Assembly: GCA_963514005.1 (NCBI GenBank) | Contig: OY740812.1 | Span: 20,274,001 to 20,338,000 of the forward strand | Direction: 5' to 3' | Length of the DNA: 64,000 bases | From: Raja brachyura | Lineage: Eukaryota | Part shown: piece after piece, positions 61,325 to 64,000 of the stretch | How the letters are laid out: every line of letters begins with the position of its first letter | Position numbering within the stretch: the stretch's first letter is position 1 | The notes under the pieces: model-generated | Database searches by the model: none | Seen by the model: the letters and a program-made list of their open reading frames with translations, nothing else | Told to the model about the DNA's origin: nothing | Program-made: the position numbers and the translations under genes

Positions 61325-61505
61325 ATGCAAATAACTGCAGATGCTGGAATCTAGTGAAACACACAACGTGCTGGAGGAATGTAACAGATCATGCAACAGC
61401 TGTGGAAGGAATCAGTCTGAAGATTTGTCCTGACCCAAAAAGTCACCTATCTGTTCCTTCCACAGACGCTGCTTGACCTGCTGAGTTACTGCAACACTTT
61501 AGATT
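61325..61505. mobile_element. Fold-back pair of Penelope terminal modules
   Basis: Minus-strand half (ctgcagatgctgg...ctgtggaaggaa) directly followed by a plus-strand module (cagtctgaaga...ttccttccacagacgctgc). Confidence 0.7.
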
Positions 61506-62577
61506 TTACAAAATGTCCCAAGGATATTGTAAATGGCAGGCTGGTGATGACTGGTTTATAACTCAGCTCTCAAAGGGTTCCTGTAATTACCATTTATTTG
61601 TATGAGGAATAACACTTTGGGTAATTTTGTGCATCGTTTATAGGCCAGTTTCATTTAATGTGAAAACTGCCTCAACTTTATATTTAAACAATTGTGCATC
61701 GCAATTAAAGTCTGGAATCACTCAAAGTAAAAGACACAAGCTTCTTTCCAAGGCATACAGTCCTAACATATGGATGTCACATATGGTGCATCGCAAAAAG
61801 CCAAGTTTAAAATGTTTCCAGGCTGAAAATGGGCATTTTGAGAATTTTATAAACTTAACTCCCTCAGTCATATTATTAGTTGCTATCTGTCCCGCCAATT
61901 CAATGATAACAGCAAAGTGCATCCAGTGTTTAAATAAACGCGTTTCCACTGTTGGGCAGAATATTTAAACCTGTCAGTCTCATGTTAATCAAATTAAGTA
62001 TCAGTCCAAGAGCCCAGTGCCAGCCCTGTATATTCCAGTGATTTGCTAATACTCAGAGATCAATATTTTCATTGAGTCAAGAACTTTACTTGGTTACATA
62101 TGAGGGTATTCCGATCACTTTGCTAGTTGCAACACAAGCAAAGTTATTTCAGCTGCTCAAGGCGATAGAGCTCGACATTATATCTGCCCCCTCCATCGCC
62201 TACCCGAATGTTTCAGGCATCCACTGCTCACTGTGTAATAAAAAACTTGCGCCACACACCTCCTTTCATACTGTAGGAGATACTAGACTGAGTGGGACCC
62301 GTTGGGTCCCATGATCACATAGGAGGGCTGGTCCCCCAACGCAATATTCCACCTCTCCACCAATTCCAATATTGGTGGCCAGTGGGGGGGGGGGGGGGGG
62401 CTTTCTGGAGCGCTAGTATGGGTGTTGTGGGCTGAAGGGCCTGGTTTCCAGAGGTCTAGTATGGGAATTGTGGGCCAAATGGATTCTTGGGGTGGCAGCT
62501 CAGTCACTCAAGCCTGATGTGCTGGCAGCTCACTCACGGCTGCTGGACTGGCAGTTGATTCACGGCTATTTCTTGGA

Positions 62578-63072
62578 ATTCCATTTCAAGCAAGGTACAA
62601 GGCCACCAAATTCAAATTGTTTCCTACCATTTCAAGCAGGGTGCTAGGCCACCAAATTGAAGAGCAGTTTTTTAGCACTTCAAGCAGGGTGTAAGGCCAC
62701 CAAATTCAAATGCAGTTTCATACCACTTCAAGCAGGGTGCAAAGCCACCGAATTCAAGTGCAGTTTCCAACCACTTCAAGCAGGGTGCAAGGCAATCAAA
62801 TTCAAGTGCAGTTTCTGACCACATCATGCAGGGTGCAAGGCCACCGAATTCAAGTGCAGTTTCATACCACTTCAAGCAGGGTACAAGGCCACCAAATGCA
62901 AGTGCAGTTTCATACCACTTCAAGCAGGGTGCAAGGCCACCAAATTCAAGTGCAGTTTCATGCCATTTCATACAGTGCAAGGCCACTAAATTCAAGTGCA
63001 GTTTCATGCCATTTCAAGCAGGGTGCATGGCCACCAAATTCATGTGCAGTTTCATACCATTTCAAGCAGGGT
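62578..63072. repeat. 48-bp minisatellite, ~10 copies
   Basis: Unit caagcagggtgcaaggccaccaaattcaagtgcagtttcataccactt. Confidence 0.95.
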
Positions 63073-63446
63073 GAAACCACCATAAAACCATGCAAAACAC
63101 TACATAAACACCACACTCACAGTTCAGTAGACATTCAGTGTGTTCAGTTGATTCACAGCTCAGACAGAGTCGTGACCTCTCCCTCCCCCATCTTGCGGAG
63201 ACTGGGCCACACCCACACTTCCGGTTTATAATCCACAGGAAGAGGCGTGACTTTCATGGAATGATTGACAGGAGAGAGATTCTCAACATTTTTTAAATAC
63301 TAATAACACTTTTATTTTTCATTGTTGGGAAGAATCCTTTGCACCTGATGACGGAAGGGGACTGAGTAAGATGGCCAAAAATCACAGCTGTAAGTGGTGG
63401 CGTTTAATCTAAAATCAATATAAAATGCAAACAGGTTGTCAAGTTT

Positions 63447-63685
63447 CCACCACCAACAGCCATTTGCTGTGCTTCACTTCAAACCAACCACCACCAACAG
63501 CCATTTGCAGTGCTTCACTTCAAACCAACCACCACCAACAGCCATTTGCAGTGCTTCACTTCAAACCAACCACCACCAACAGCCATTTGCAGTGCTTCAC
63601 TTCAAACTAACCACCACCAACAACCAATTGCTGTGCTTCACTTCAAACCAACCACCACCAACAGCAATTTTCATTTTCAAACCAC
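63447..63685. repeat. 41-bp minisatellite, ~5.5 copies
   Basis: Unit ccaccaacagccatttgcagtgcttcacttcaaaccaacca. Confidence 0.95.
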
Positions 63686-63814
63686 ATTAAGGGCACTCAA
63701 GGTCAGTAAAACCACACTCACAGTTCAGTAGACATGTGTTCAGTGTTATTCACAGCTCAGACTAAGAGACGTGACCCTCTCGCTCCTCCATTTTGCAGAG
63801 ACTGACTGAGAGCA

Positions 63815-64000
63815 ATATACGGGGGCGCCGTCGAGTATGGCCACCCCGCCTGCAGCTGTTAGTCTTTTCATTCTTTTTTTATTTTTAGTTAGTTAAAGTG
63901 TTTGTTTTTGGAGGTATTTTAGTCTTTTTATGTAGAGGTTGGTGGGGGGGAAGGGGGAAACTATTTTTCTCAGTCCCTACCTGGTCGGAGATGCGGCTTT
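63815..64000 (+). mobile_element. 5' part of another interspersed repeat (related to 58170-58840), runs off the window
   Basis: Abrupt switch out of the Helitron module into gggggcgccgtcgagtatggccacc...cagctgttagtcttttca. Confidence 0.4.

Larger units (their letters stand above)
62283..63810 (-). mobile_element. Non-autonomous Helitron-like element (3' end at 62283; 5' end not seen)
   Basis: Minus strand ends tgggacccAACgggtccca-ctcagt-CTAG|T, i.e. GC-rich hairpin plus CTRR before a T. Interior holds minisatellites and a duplicated ~100-bp module. Confidence 0.7.

Noticed and set aside
62578-63685. CRISPR-like arrays or repeat-protein ORFs (62710-63231 etc.)
   Set aside because: Head-to-tail units with no unique spacers, no cas genes and a vertebrate context; ORFs arise because 48 is a multiple of 3.

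Overview
Eukaryotic, repeat-dense vertebrate DNA. The repeat repertoire (HE1-like V-SINEs with (CTAAA)n tails, HER1/CR1 LINE 3' ends, SacSINE1-like Deu-SINE, Rex1/Babar LINEs, Penelope-like elements) points to a cartilaginous fish, probably a skate or ray; this is inference. The window looks intronic or intergenic. No host protein-coding gene can be named, and nearly all ORFs in the supplied track are TE-derived or spurious. Best-supported features: two Tc1 (DD34E, Passport-like) transposons, one with an uninterrupted 339-aa transposase ORF; two copies of a ~1 kb TIR element with 7-bp target-site duplications (TSDs); several PIF/Harbinger and hAT MITEs; a Penelope RT/GIY-YIG remnant with more than a dozen short terminal modules carrying a minimal hammerhead-ribozyme-like core; a Helitron-like 3' end with two related minisatellites; and an L1 3' end with a 19-bp TSD. 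More speculative: a 4-exon minus-strand transcript (18.6-14.4 kb), a tandemly duplicated micro-exon (27.2-27.5 kb) and TE-free islands that may be conserved non-coding elements. Coordinates of degraded repeats are approximate (+/-20-30 bp); TIR/TSD-defined ends were read base by base.
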